A DNA stretch of 64,000 nt from Macrostomum hystrix (taxonomy: Eukaryota > Animalia > Platyhelminthes), in contig CATNEN010000001.1 of NCBI GenBank assembly GCA_950097015.1, forward strand, positions 23,498,001 to 23,562,000, in the 5' to 3' direction. Below, piece by piece: positions 24,865 to 38,298 of the stretch. How positions within the stretch are numbered: the stretch's first letter is position 1; every line of letters starts with the position of its first letter. The position numbers and the translations under genes are program-made. The notes beneath the pieces were generated by a model. It did no database searches and was not told the DNA's origin. It was given only the letters and a program-made list of their open reading frames with translations.

Positions 24865-27800
24865 ATGTCGGAGTCTGGAGGCCTGCTTTTGGCCTCCGCC
24901 ATGTCTGGCACCGGCTCTGTGGGTCTGAGAGATACAACAGAGCTGGGTGAGCAGCAGCAGCAGCAGCAGAAACCAGTGCTACTCATTGACAAGGATGATT
25001 TGATTGCTTACCCGGAAACTGAAAGGCGACCGGTACCAAACTACTTCTTGGACACGCGTAAGATACATTGCAGCTTTTAGCTTTTAAATTAAATTTTGCG
25101 CAGTGTAGCGATCGAATGTACAATCGATCGAATCTCTCTCCCCTGGTGTACATGCAGTTGTGCGCAGTCTAGCGAATGTACAATCGGTTGAATCTCTCTC
25201 CTCTGGTGTACATGCAGTTGTGCGCAGTCTAGCGAATGTACAATCGGTTGAATCTCTCTCCTCTGGTGTACATGCAGTTGTGCGCAGTCTAGCGAATGTA
25301 CAATCGGTTGAATCTCTCTCCTCTGGTGTACATGCAGTTGTGCGCAGTCTAGCGAATGTACAATCGGTTGAATCTCTCTCCCCTGGTGTACATGCAGTTG
25401 TTCGCAGTCAAGCGAATGTACAATCGGTTGAATCTCTCTCCTCTGGTGTACATGCAGTTGTGCGCAGTCTAGCGAATGTACAATCGGTTGAATCTCTCTC
25501 CTCTGGTGTACATGCAGTTGTGCGCAGTCTAGCGAATGTACAATCGATCGAATCTCGCCCCGTCATAAGCTTCCTGATATATCACTATCACCGCAACCCA
25601 CCGTGCCATTCAACAGAGATCTTCAACAAGATGGGCCGTAACGCCATAGTGCAGGCGCATCCATCCGTGGTCCATTTTGCCGGCTTTTCGCCCAACCAGA
25701 TCCACGTGCGCAAAGTGAAATTCGCCAACGTCAGCACAGAGGTGGCCAGATTTCACATCCTGCCACCGGAGACGCCATTCTTCAAGCTGACCTACCAGAA
25801 GCGGGACCGCCTCGTGCCGGGATTCTCTGTCGAATGTGTCCTGGAATTTCGACCTACGGAGGTTCGGTATTACTACGATGCACTACGGATTCACAGCAAG
25901 GTAGGGTTCAGTATTGGACTCTAACCGGCTTGCAGGTTGTCAGTTTACGAGGGTAATCGAAGTTTTTCTTTCACAAAAAACCCTTTCAGGACGACAAGAA
26001 CAACCTCATCATCCCGATTCACGCCTATCCAGTGCTGGGCTACAACGAATTCCCAAAGCAGGTGAAATTTCCACCCATTCCCGTTGGCTACCGGCGCACG
26101 CAAATCATTCCCCTGCGCTCCCGGGCTCCGGTTGAGTTCGAATTCGAGATCAAGATCATTCACGCCAACCCGGTGTTCACGGTCGAACCGTTGAGCGGCT
26201 CGATTCCAGCCAACGGCGAGGTAGACGTCGCAGTGACCTTCGCTCCCATCGATTTCGTCACAGCCGAGATGACCATGGAGCTGCGCGTCTCTCAGTTCAA
26301 CTTCGCCCCGCTCACCTGCCACATTATGGGCCACTCGGCGCCGGGCATGGAGCGGGACAAGGTGTACCACACCTACGGGGTCGAGGATCCCAGCGATCCA
26401 GCAGCCCTTCGCCAGAGCCTCGATCCCAGGGCTTTTTCGCCTCTGGAGAGAGCTCGCAGAAACAGAATGCGAGCTTCGGCCGTCAGTCAGGGCTCGCAAC
26501 AGCAGCAGCAGCAGCAGCTCTCCCTGCCACAGCCGCGAGTTCGCCAGCCAGTTGAGCACAATGGCTTGCGTATTCCGCCCAACCTGGACAGTCCGTTCGC
26601 GGTCGCACAGGTACTCAACCAGAAACAGGGTCGACTCAAGATGAAGGAGCTGCGCGATGCGCTTGAGAAGTCGGCGACAGGCTTGTCGGCGTCGCGCCAG
26701 ATGAAGGAGGCCGTGTTCGAGCAGGAGGTGACGCAGAATGTCTACGAGGAGCGTCAGAACCAGCTGCGTTGGCAGGTCAAGCTGGGCGACTCGGCGCTGA
26801 CTGAGACTGAAACTGCGGCGCTGCTAGCCGAAAGGGAGATGGCCTGGGTGTACTACAGGGTGAGTTGGAGCTGTGCACTCAACAAGCTTCTGAGTTGGCT
26901 CATTAATCATTAGCCAAACGGTATTATAAGTACGGGCGTTTCACAACCACTTGATGTGATCTGCTGCAACGTTTAATGAAGCTTGGAGTGTCCTGAACCA
27001 ATTTTTTGTGGCTATAACCCAGTTTGAAGATATCTGATTACCTGCTCTTCAAATGGCCAATCAGACGTGCTCAAAGTCCTCAAGTCCTCAAGCTCTCTCG
27101 CACTGCACTAAAGTTTATCGATTTTTCTTCAAAGATGCGAACAACTTTTTTTCACTGGTATCACACGGTCAGTGTTACCCCATAATAATAATATTAATAA
27201 CTGCAGGAGTTGCTCTGGGCAATGGCACATCGTTTGGTGACAATAGACCCGCAGCCTGCGAGGAGGCAATTCTGCCCATTTCACTGAGCACACGCGCACA
27301 CAGACACTGTACGCAGGCATGCGCTCACACAGGTGTGTACATCTGCCCTGACTTTCTCATCGTCAGGCAGTGTACACTCTCACTGTGCCTTGGAGGTTGG
27401 CCATCAAAGCCGTAAATTGCACTAGAAGCCCCGAAGCCTTCTCTCTGCGGCTGCGCCCCAAATGAATGTGGCCTCGCCGCGGAATCGAGCTCAGGGACCT
27501 TGGCGCGAGAGGCAAACGCGTTAGACCGCTCTGCCACCGACCCCTCTCAGTGTTACCCATATTGCTAGCGCATAGTTACAAAACAAGTGCTCGCAAATTG
27601 TCACGATATTGTTCATAAGTCCTGCCATAACCAGTTATTGCTATCTACAGTTACAATAGCATTCTGTACCCTAGTGAGCCTTTCAAGGTCGTCACTAAAA
27701 GTACGCGCTGAACTCTTAATAGCGAATAGACGAGCTATGTTACGCGTGGCGTTAGAAATTTACCGCATCGGGTTCGCTAGATGCGTCTGTAAAAAAGCGG

Positions 27801-30800
27801 ATGGATGAGTGAACTGCCTGGATACAAGCAAACCAACAGGCTGTCCGCCACGTTCATCTGTGAAGACTGTTTTAGACAGACAGGCAGACAGACTAAGAGG
27901 GAGAGAGGTAGGGAGCTGCTACAATATGAAAAAAATACGAAGTCGTCCCGTATACCATTGCCTTCGACAGTTTCTTGCCTGCCTCGATTCCAGGTTTGGT
28001 TAAAAAAGCTAGCGTTATCCCATAAGTAGGCCGCAGCATCTGGTGCAGCATTCCAGTGTCCGCCAACTCCGTCCGCCTCAGTCCAGATCTTTCCAGTTGA
28101 AAAATAATGCCCGACCGTTAGCGATCTGCTGCGCAACCTCTGCTACTTGGGACCATTGCCTTGTATTTTTTCATACTTGCAATCATGCTATTTTTAGCAT
28201 GGCTTCTGGGCTCCATGCTGCGGTTCAAGATACACACCTCCTCCTGGTTGATCCGAATTGTCTTTTACACACTCCCTAATCTCACCCCATCTCATAAAAT
28301 CTCACTCTAACTCTCCTAAAATCTCACACTCACCAACGATACACTCTCTCCTTCGATATCTCACACTCTCTCTTACGGTCTCACACTCTCTGCTACGGTC
28401 TCACACTCTCTCCTACGGTCTCACACTCTCTCCTACGGTCTCACACTCTCTCCTACGGTCTCACACTCTCTCTTACGGTCTCACACTCTCTCTTACGGTC
28501 TCACACTCTCTCTAATGGTCTCACACTCTCTCTAATGGTCTCACACTCTCTCTTATTGTCTCACACTCTCTCTTACGGTCTCACACTCTCTCTTACGGTC
28601 TCACACTCTCTCTAATGGTCTCACACTCTCTCTAATGGTCTCACACTCTCTCTTATTGTCTCACACTCTCTCTTATGGTCTCACACTCTCTCTTATGGTC
28701 TCACACTCTCTCTTATTGTCTCACACTCTCTCTTATGGTCTCACACTCTCTCTTATTGTCGCACACTCTCTCCTACGGTCTTATACTCTCTCCTACGGTC
28801 TCACACTCTCTCCTACGGTCTTATACTCTCTCTTATTGTCTCACACTCTCTCTTATGGTCTCACACTCTCTCTTATTGTCGCACACTCTCTCCTACGGTC
28901 TTATACTCTCTCCTACGGTCTCACACTCTCTCCTACGGTCTTATACTCTCTCTTATTGTCTCACACTCTCTCTTATGGTCTCACACTCTCTTACGGTCTC
29001 ACACTCTCTCTTACGGTCTCACACTCTCTCTTACGGTCTCACACTCTCTCTTACGGTCTCACACTCTCTGCTACGGTCTCACACTCTCTCCTACGGTCTC
29101 ACACTCTCTCCTACGGTCTCACACTCTCTCCTACGGTCTCACACTCTCTCTTACGGTCTCACACTCTCTCTTACGGTCTCACACTCTCTCTAATGGTCTC
29201 ACACTCTCTCTAATGGTCTCACACTCTCTCTTATTGTCTCACACTCTCTCTTACGGTCTCACACTCTCTCTTACGGTCTCACACTCTCTCTAATGGTCTC
29301 ACACTCTCTCTAATGGTCTCACACTCTCTCTTATTGTCTCACACTCTCTCTTATGGTCTCACACTCTCTCTTATGGTCTCACACTCTCTCTTATTGTCTC
29401 ACACTCTCTCTTATGGTCTCACACTCTCTCTTATTGTCGCACACTCTCTCCTACGGTCTTATACTCTCTCCTACGGTCTCACACTCTCTCCTACGGTCTT
29501 ATACTCTCTCTTATTGTCTCACACTCTCTCTTATGGTCTCACACTCTCTCTTATTGTCGCACACTCTCTCCTACGGTCTTATACTCTCTCCTACGGTCTC
29601 ACACTCTCTCCTACGGTCTTATACTCTCTCTTATTGTCTCACACTCTCTCTTATGGTCTCACACTCTCTTACGGTCTCACACTCTCTCTTACGGTCTCAC
29701 ACTCTCTCTTACGGTCTCACACTCTCTCTTACGGTCTCACACTCTCTCTTACGGTCTCACACTCTCTCCTACGGTCTTATACTCTCTCTTACGGTCTCAC
29801 ACTCTCTCTTACGGTCTCACACTCTCTCTTACGGTCTCACACTCTCTCTTATGGTCTCACACTCTCTTACGGTCTCACACTCTCTCTTACGGTCTCACAC
29901 TCTCTCTTACGGTCTCACACTCTCTCTTACGGTCTCACACTCTCTCTTACGGTCTCACACTCTCTCTTACGGTCTCACACTCTCTCTTATTGTCTCACTC
30001 TCTCTCCAACGATTTTACACTAACCATAAAATCTTACAGTAGTTTTCCTAGGATCTCAACCTCTCATTAATTCACACCCTCCTCGCTGGTTTGTACTCTA
30101 GAAGCGGTGCATTGGTCTTACTTCCGTTCGCGACTCTCGCAGACACAACCTAGGCATCTAGCGAATCGCAGACTTCAAATAGTTGACGGCGGGGCTAAAT
30201 TGATAGCTTAGCGACAGTGGCTGAGATCAAATTGCAGATCAGATGACCGGAAACCAGCTGTCCTGACAGTCATTTGAGTGAGACCATGTGACTCGTGAGC
30301 TCAGCCATGGCCTGATAAACTGCATGGATGCCAGTTGGAGTTGAGCAGCTCAGCATGGACCGGATGCCAGTGTTTGTGAGGCTTGGATGACTTTGGATTT
30401 ATGGCTTTGTAGGACGGCTGAACTGGAATATCCATTTACAGTATATCGGTGAGACTGTGCGCTCATTTAAAGTACTTTTTACAGAAAAAAACTTCACTTA
30501 TAGAAGGATGTCGACAAAAGGCCGAGATTGTGGGAGAGTATGAGACAGAGTGTGAGAGGGAGAGTGTGAGAGGGAGAGTGTGAGAGGGAGAGTGTGAGAG
30601 GGAGAGTGTGAGAGGGAGAGTGTGAGAGGGAGAGTGTGAGAGGGAGAGTGTGAGAGGGAGAGTGTGAGAGGGAGAGTGTGAGAGGGAGAGTGTGAGAGGG
30701 AGAGTGTGAGAGGGAGAGTGTGAGAGGGAGAGTGTGAGAGGGAGAGTGTGAGAGGGAGAGTGTGAGAGGGAGAGTGTGAGAGGGAGAGTGTGAGAGGGAG

Positions 30801-33800
30801 AGTGTGAGAGGGAGAGTGTGAGAGGGAGAGTGTGAGAGGGAGAGTGTGAGAGGGAGAGTGTGAGAGGGAGAGTGTGAGAGGGAGAGTGTGAGAGGGAGAG
30901 TGTGAGAGGGAGAGTTATGTAGCGATAGTCTGAGTGTGAGTCAAATATTTGAGCCCACAAAAAGAAAGTTGTTTTGTACATCAGAAATAATTGGCACAAG
31001 TCGTCGCACTGAGTATTGAAGTTAATAACAGAGTATTGCTGCTCCAGACTTGCTCCAAGCAGCCGATTGTCCCGCATAATAATTAAGTCAGCTGCTGTAT
31101 CCGGGGGGCTTCCGTGTGTCAACTCAGCGGCGAAGGGGGGCATGTGGCACGGGTCTCACCCCCATTAATCTCTTCTCTTATCTCTGACTGCTTTGAGACT
31201 TCCATGCAGTCTCTATCGTCTGTACCCAGCAGCTTGAGATCCCAAGGTCCGGATGCTTTGAGAACCGCTGATCAAGGTATATACAATGATATTCTTGTGT
31301 CAACTTTATAATCCGATGGCTGTACTTCAGCCTCAGTATTGAGCTCAATACGTGCATTGCTCAATGGTCGTGTTTGCGTCATTGCTCACTAATTCTGCAA
31401 TGGTAGACAGTAATTTATTTATCGCTATTTATCGCTATTTTATTGACAAATAAATAAATCCTAATTACACCTAGTCCAATCGGGCCAGATGCACAGTGTA
31501 GGATAGCGATTGAGCGAGACTTCTGAAGGCTGCGTACGGCTGTTCAGAGCTAAGTGTCTTGCATAACTCTAAGGACGCAAGATTCAAACCCCCGACCTTT
31601 AAGTCGTGAGTCAGATGCTCTAACCATTAGGCTAAACCCCCTCAAAACTTTCCTCAGAACAGAAACCATTTGTCCATGACCAAATGCATTGTTAAGACAA
31701 GGAACCAGTGCTTTAGGCCTCTTAAAACTTTTTTAGCTTTTCAAAAAATAGAAAAACCTCACCGATTAAAAAAATCCGGAAACTATGCTCAAACTATACT
31801 CAAGAAACCTATACTCAATCTCCTCGACTCAAAACAGCGCAAGCGCGGCGATCCAACGCCGGCTGAGGAGCTGGAACGAGCCGACACCGAAGCCGTGGCC
31901 CGCCGGACCCGCCGACAAGCCGGCAACGTCGATCCTCCGGCCGGCGGTCGCACCGCCAACTTCGACCTGTACAAAAACGACAAATGGGAGAGCCGCTGGT
32001 CGGCCAGGTTCCGCTTCGTACAGGCGGCCTGGAAGATCATTGTGCGCCGGCGAGCGGACGAAAAGCTGGCCGGATTGCGTCAGCTGTTCATCGACTGGGG
32101 CAAGGGCAAATACGCAGCTCTCACTACTAGTGAGTAGAGCTATTGGCTCGGTGTCTAAATTATGAATTTCTCGCTAAACCTATAATAAAAAGAGTAACAA
32201 TATTTGCAGGAGGGCTGCGGGCAATGGCACATTATTTGGTGACACTAGACCCGCAGCCAGCATGAAGGCAATTCTGCCTATTTAGCTGACTCCTGAGCAC
32301 ACACTCACACAGTTGTGTACATCTGCCCTGACCTTCTCATCGTCAGGCAGTGTACACTCTCACTGTGCCTTGGAGGTTGGCCCTCAAGGGCGTAAATTGC
32401 ACAAGCCTCCCAAGACAAACGAATGTGGCCTCGCCGCGGAATCGAGCTCAGGGACCTTGGTGCGAGAGGCGAACACGTTAACCGCTCTGCCGCAACTGCC
32501 CCCTCACGAAAACTATTTATTGTAGAATCAAAATCTAGATTTCAATATTCAGATTACTAACAGCACAAAACAATGACTCACAGCGTCCGATATTTCAGAG
32601 AATGCCTTCATTCCATTCCTGAGTAAGTCCAGCACGACATATCTTAACTCGAATCACGCCACTTAACAACACAATTTTAAAGCACCGATTCAGTTCTACA
32701 CGAGTGTTGGAGCACCCTAAGAGTAGATAACCGCAGCACTTTGGCCAGCTATTCAATGCTTGTTCACGGCGTAACTCTCGATTCCTGGAATGAAATCACA
32801 ATATTTTTCGCCCAAAAAGTTTTCACTTTTGTGTGCTTTTTTTAATGTCGATTGCTTAGCTTAGGACTACCAAGCCATTTTGCCGCCCGTTTTTATACAA
32901 AGGGCCCCCTAGCAATGTTTGGCAGCGTCCGAATGCTAGCAGCGTTGGGTGGTGACTGACAGACTAGGCGAGGGTGTCCTGTGGTTGAGCTGCGCCTAAT
33001 ATTTAGGCTTGATCAGTGAAATTGGAGAAATTCGCGTCAGGGTGTCCATACGAGCCTAGAGGCAAATTTCAAACTGTTGTAGCCCTTGAAGGTCCAGCAG
33101 TCCGTCGAGATAGAGGTAGGTGACCACCGAAGACGGAGATGATGCAGGCACATTCGGGTGACATGCTGATAAATTTTGAAGGCCTGGCAAGGCGGCACTG
33201 AGGCGCAGTGCTTGTTCATGTATCGACGTGTATGCAATAAACTAGCGCTTATGGGAAAAATCTGACCTTCGGCCAGAACCATTGAATATCTTGACGGTCT
33301 GAAGAGCTGGCGACTTGATTCTTATTTCAGAAGATGCGCAACAACAATTTTGCCCGTGTTCTTGAGTTTCGAGTGCTTGCGTTGCTCCGTTCATATGTAG
33401 CGCAAACATTTTCAAGTGGGAATCTCCCCTTCAGTATAAGTATAATAGAGTTCTACTGTTAAAAGGAAGTCCTGATGAGGCTTGCATTTGAGAGATTGTA
33501 CACAAATCCTGCACGCAATAAGCACCTAGATAATAGAGAACTGCAAAAGAGTTAAAAAGTTTCTGAAGAGAGAATCCGTGACGTCACATTTTAGCCGACA
33601 TGGAGCGCAAGGAGGAGGACGAGGAGCTCGCCGAGGAGCAGCTGAAGGACAGCCAGCTCCAGCTCGGCAGCATCGGCAGCCTGACCTTTCCAACGCACCA
33701 GAATGCGCAGCAGATCAAGAAGATGGAGGAGGCCGCGCCGCCGCTGTTCCCGCCGATGCCGGAGCAGCCGGTTTGTCGGCGCAGCTTCGCCTTCCACCCG

Positions 33801-35193
33801 CTGCAGGTGCCGCTGCACTACCAGCTGCAGCAGTACGACAAGGTGGACGTCCACGCCCTGTCCAAGGGTCACGTGAGCGCTGCCAGGCCGCGCCAGTTGC
33901 GTCAGGGCGCCACAGACGAGCTCGTTGAGCTGCCTCTGGCATCGGTGGCCACAGAAGACTTCCGGGTAGCTCAGCTAGGCGAGGTTGAAGCCGAAAGTGT
34001 CGAAGCAGCCGTGCCGCTGCTGCTGCAGCCGCCGCAGTCGCTGGCGCGGGCCATGCAGTACCACCCGATGCACGCGTTCAACCCGGCGCCCGGTATGCGA
34101 GCGTTCGATCAGCCACCTGCCTACCTGGAGACGGATCCTGACTACCGACTGTGCCCGCTGCCGAGATACGGCAGCAAGAGGGACTGCTTGGATAGGTCAG
34201 GATTACTGAGTCACATTTATTATTACATGTTTCGTCTTTTGTTTAACAAAAGATACAAGATACTTAGTGTGATCGTTGATGCATTTTTAATTCTTCGAAC
34301 TAGTCTTCCATTAAGTCCTTAAATCATGAGCTTTATTAGCTTCATCAGTTAGTCATTTACGAGCTATAATGCTTTTTGGTCTCAAAAAGCTCAAAAGTTC
34401 TTAGAAGGTCTCTCACTAAAATTGCACGTAAACTACACGACAAGCCCCCAAGCCTTCTCTCCACGGCTGCGCCCCAAGTGAATTCGGCCTCGCCGCGGAA
34501 TCGAGCTCAGGGACCTTGGCGTGAGAGGCAAACGCGTTAGCCGCTCTGCCACTGACTCCCTGCTTACGCAATTGAATATCGTCATCGCTTCCTAGTCGCG
34601 CTCGGTGATTAGATTCGGATCATAATCACCGCAGAAATGTCGGCAGAGTGCTCTCTAATTCCAGACGCGACATCATCCGCGGCGTTACGACCTGGAAGAA
34701 GCTGGCATCGCCTGGACTCTCAGCCCTGGGCAACACGCCTACCCTCACCAGGGTCTGGATTCCCCGCTGGAGCAACCCGTTCGACAATGAGACCACCGGC
34801 ATCGGCGCCACGCTGCCGGACTTCCTGGACGGTCTGGATGCCGAGGATGCGAGTCACGTGCTGCCAGACGATGACGAGGACACCGGGGCCAGTCTAACAC
34901 CTGAGATGGTGCGTCAGGAGTTCCTGGACCGATCGGCAGCATCGGCAGTGCCGGAGGAGGTCGAGACCACGGCGGCCACCGCCGCAGACTCAGACGAGTT
35001 CCCCTACGGTCAGAAGATGCCGGAGAGCAATGTGCCGCTGACACCAGCGGGGCTGCTTGCGCCAAGGTGGGCGCGGGAGAAAGACCTTGAGTTCCACCTG
35101 GCCAACCGAGCCAATCGGATGGGCCGTCGGGCCGACCAACGCCAGGCGAACATGAACACCCAGCTGGTTGATCAGAGCCTCGCCCTGCCCTGA
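24865..35193 (+). CDS. CFAP221: Cilia- and flagella-associated protein 221 (PCDP1, central-pair protein); exons 24865-25057, 25617-25900, 25990-26859, 31838-32129, 33595-34195, 34635-35193; ~932 aa
   Basis: VPNYFLDT, VHFAGF, HILPPETPFF, LVPGFS, RYYYDALRIH, IPIHAYPV, VEPLSGSIPANG, VSQFNF and RRDIIRGVTTWKK match CFAP221 as I recall it. All junctions are GT-AG with consistent phases (1,0,0,1,2). Confidence 0.9.
25097..25556. repeat. 60-bp tandem array (~7.5 copies) in CFAP221 intron 1
   Basis: Near-identical 60-bp lines in the sequence. Confidence 0.95.
27182..27546 (-). mobile_element. Full-length SINE family A copy (~365 bp) with target-site duplication
   Basis: tRNA-like A box (TGGCAGAGCGG), B-box-like GAGCTCGATTCC, (TTA)n tail; flanked by direct repeat TCAGTGTTACCC at 27169-27180 and 27547-27558. 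Confidence 0.9.
28358..30005. repeat. 20-bp minisatellite (GGTCTCACACTCTCTCTTAC) with a 678-bp higher-order duplication, CFAP221 intron 3
   Basis: The variant pattern (e.g. TGCTACGG at 28391 and 29069) recurs at a 678-bp offset. Confidence 0.95.
30547..30915. repeat. Perfect 14-bp tandem array (GAGAGTGTGAGAGG)n, ~26 copies
   Basis: Direct periodicity. Confidence 0.96.
31448..31634 (-). mobile_element. tRNA-derived SINE family B copy (internally deleted)
   Basis: On the minus strand: TAGCCTAATGG A box, GGTTTGAATC B box, GTCCTT..GCAAGACACTTA core, and GTACGCAGCCTTCAGA matching the 36220 copy. Confidence 0.7.
32182..32500 (-). mobile_element. SINE family A copy, CFAP221 intron 4
   Basis: Near full-length similarity to the 27182-27546 copy. 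Confidence 0.88.
34416..34558 (-). mobile_element. SINE family A 5' (tRNA-head) fragment, CFAP221 intron 5
   Basis: Matches the head half of family A. Confidence 0.82.
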
Positions 35194-36219
35194 TTGGCTA
35201 GAAAGTTTCGACCAATCAGATTTTATTCAGTCTGTTTACATTTCTTTAGATTCTGTTAAATTCTGATTGGTTCTCTAAAAGAAGTTCTCTGACCAATCAA
35301 AATCAACGCCTTTTATGAAGCTGTGGAAAATGAAGGCAGAACGTACAGCCTTGCTTGTTTTGTCATAGATTATCCGTTCTTTGAAGTGCATGTAAGATAA
35401 CTAATTTTATATAATCTTCTATTCCCTTTGCTGTCTTTTTGTCAATAAGGCTTTCCATTTGTGAATTTGCAAGCTTAAAATACGCTCAAATCTTCCACTA
35501 ATAATCACTAAAGAAATTGGTCTCATCATGCTGGCAGTCTGACGTGACATTTTGTTAGAATGAACGCTACCAACAATAGTTTAATAGCTTAACCGCCAAT
35601 TTAAAAGCTAAAAAATTAGGACTAAAGCGTCTATTGAGAAAAAACATTTATTGAAATTGTCGTGAACAATAAGCAAGAAAATATATATGTGGTTTGTTCA
35701 TGCATGTGCCACAAAAATATGATCTTCATTTTGAAAATGCATCCGTATGGTTTCGAGTCGTCTTACAAGTTTTTTGCAGAGTTTAAATACCCACTGACTA
35801 CTTCACGACAGCCCCCAAACCGAATGACCAATAATTGTGAAAGTCCACCATCTGAATCTAAATTTTCCGCCCTTAACGATGAACCAACTTTCCAGGCCGT
35901 CCGACGTCATAATTGTCGCGATTCTTGTCGAAGACCCTGATGACAACTAACATAGACCTCTACGAGTACTTAAACCAATATTGATCAAATAAATATAAAA
36001 TTACAATCAGCAGTAACAAACCTACATCATGGTCGCATTATGAAATTGCGAGTTTTTGCCGTCTGAAGACACCCAGACGGGAATCGTTTTTTTAATATCT
36101 AAAAAATGCCGATTGGAAAGTCGGAAAGAGTGGCTTTTTGATCTTTGTTCTGCATGGGTTGAATATTTGTAAGATACTGACGCTAAATTAGGCGGAAATT
36201 ATTCAAATAAAACTTATAT

Positions 36220-36515
36220 CGAGTGTCGGACTCATGGCTTGAAGGTCGGGGGTTCGATTCTCAACTCTACTGGAACAGATTGTGTCCTTTAGCTAAGACA
36301 CTTAACTCTGCATTGTTTCAGCTCAGCAGCTGCTAACTGGGTACCAGCATTAGCTGGGGTGATTGAGGGCGAGGCGTCCCCCAGTCCGTGGACTGAATGT
36401 TTCTTGTACGCTTGAATGTACGTAGCCTTCAGATGCGCCGCGCAATAGCTGCTGCTGTGCTGTCGGCTGCACATCAATCTTGAATGGGGCAGGTGCAATC
36501 AGGTACTATATAAAT
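36220..36515 (+). mobile_element. tRNA-derived SINE family B copy with CORE/Meta-like central domain
   Basis: GGTTCGATTC B box followed by TGTGTCCTT..GCTAAGACACTTAAC..GGGTACC; similar to the 31448 and 52125 copies. Confidence 0.72.
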
Positions 36516-37269
36516 TATCTATAGTTGCGGACTAAGCATAAAATTGATTTATATGAAACCGCAACAATCAGCTGCCTACTTACAGTAGCATTAAACTAAT
36601 TTTATGCAAGCTTCGCCAGGTTCAAACACAAAGTGTCGAAGTATCAACATCGGGTTTATTCATTTTATTATTTCAATGTGCATCCACGATTCAACAATAA
36701 ACAAACATACAGGCAAAACAGACAAGAGGAAACAGATTTGGTTGAAGCAGCGATTGAAAGGGCTGCAGAAAGAGCGGTAATTGCTTGTGGCAGATCTTGT
36801 CTAGCAACACAGTGCAAAAATTGACTAAAATAGCAAAATAGCAGTTTCGTGCTACTCACACCCTCTAAAATTTCTATTGAACCAATGTATGAGTAGTGCA
36901 CCTTGATTGCTAGACTCACATTAGACTCAAACGATAGGAAATGCAAATGAATATTTTCACAATTCAACTTGAAAGATGATATTAACGCGTGTTTATAAAA
37001 ACTGAGGACAAAGCATGCAGTGCTAGCCGAAGCGCAAAACTCAGACAGTTGCGTCACATGTTTGAACCAAAATTTGCGTAACAAGGACTGACAGCGTACA
37101 GGCCCTTGGGGTTCTATAGAACAGCTTAGGTGGTGGTATAGGGGTTGCAAAACATAAACAGAGGATTTCAATTTTTAAGAAAAAAAGTAATTAATATTTT
37201 AACGTAAACAATGAGGTGATGCACTATAAATATACCTTGATCTCGGGGATAGTTCATAGAAACTGGGTC

Positions 37270-38080
37270 CTGAGAATCTGGGGATAAACCTGACTGAGAT
37301 TTTTGGGATCTGGGATTACGCTAATAAATATAAATGAGACTGAGGATCTGGGATTACATCTGACTGAAACAGGGGATCTCTGATTAAATCTGACTGGAAC
37401 TGGGGATCTGGGATTAAATCTGACTGAAACTGGGGACCTGGGATTAAATCCAACTGGAACTGGGGATCTGGGATTAAATCTGACTGAAACAGGGGATCTG
37501 GGATTAAATCCAACTGGAGCTGGGGATCTGGGATTAAATCTGACTGAAACTGAGGATCTGGGATTAGATCTGACTAGAACAGGGGATCTGGGATTAAATC
37601 TGACTGAAACAGGGGATCTGGGATTAAATCTGACTGAAACTGGGGATCTGGGATTAGATCTGACTAGAACAGGGGATCTGGGATTAAATCTGACTGAAAC
37701 AGGGGATCTGGGATTAAATCTGACTGAAACTGGGGATCTGGGATTAAATCTGACTGAAACAGGGGATCTGGGATTACATCTGACTGAAACAGGGGATCTG
37801 GGATTAAATCTGACTGGAACTGGGGATCTGGGATTAAATCTGACTGGAACTGAGGATTTGGGATTAAATCTGACCGGAACTGCGGGATCTGGGATTAAAT
37901 CTGACTGAAACAGGGGATCTTGGATTAAATCTGACTGGAACTGCGGGATCTTGGATTAAATCTGACTGGAACTGCGGGATCTCGGATTAAATCTGACTAG
38001 AACTGGGGATCTGGGATTGAATCTGTAGGAAGCTAAGGATCTGGGATGAAATCTATAAGAAACTGAGGATCTGGGATGAA
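37270..38080. repeat. 30-bp minisatellite (GGGGATCTGGGATTAAATCTGACTGAAACT)
   Basis: Direct periodicity, degenerate at both ends. Confidence 0.92.
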
Positions 38081-38298
38081 ACCTCACTAAGGATCCGTAT
38101 TCAGTAACTGGAAACACAGAGAGAATACAAGAGGCAATACAAGCAGGCAAATATCTAGGATTTAGCGAGCCGGAAGCGCACACTTATTGATCTGGGATTG
38201 CGAATTTCCAGAATTTTCTAAATGGGACAAGAATAATTAACGAAAAGCACTGCGAAAGATGAAGCGTTAAGTTAAAAAAACGACGTCAGTTAAACAGT

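Noticed and set aside
25160-25616. 60-bp repeat in frame with CFAP221 exon 2 as coding sequence
   Set aside because: Homology joins exon 1 directly to 25617 through canonical splice sites, so the repeat is intronic.
27470-27546. tRNA genes at SINE heads (also 31580-31634 and 36220-36262)
   Set aside because: A/B boxes run into SINE bodies; no complete cloverleaf or terminator.
27760-28029. Short ORF with FICEDCF faintly like a THAP domain
   Set aside because: Lacks the N-terminal Cys pair and the His ligand; too weak.
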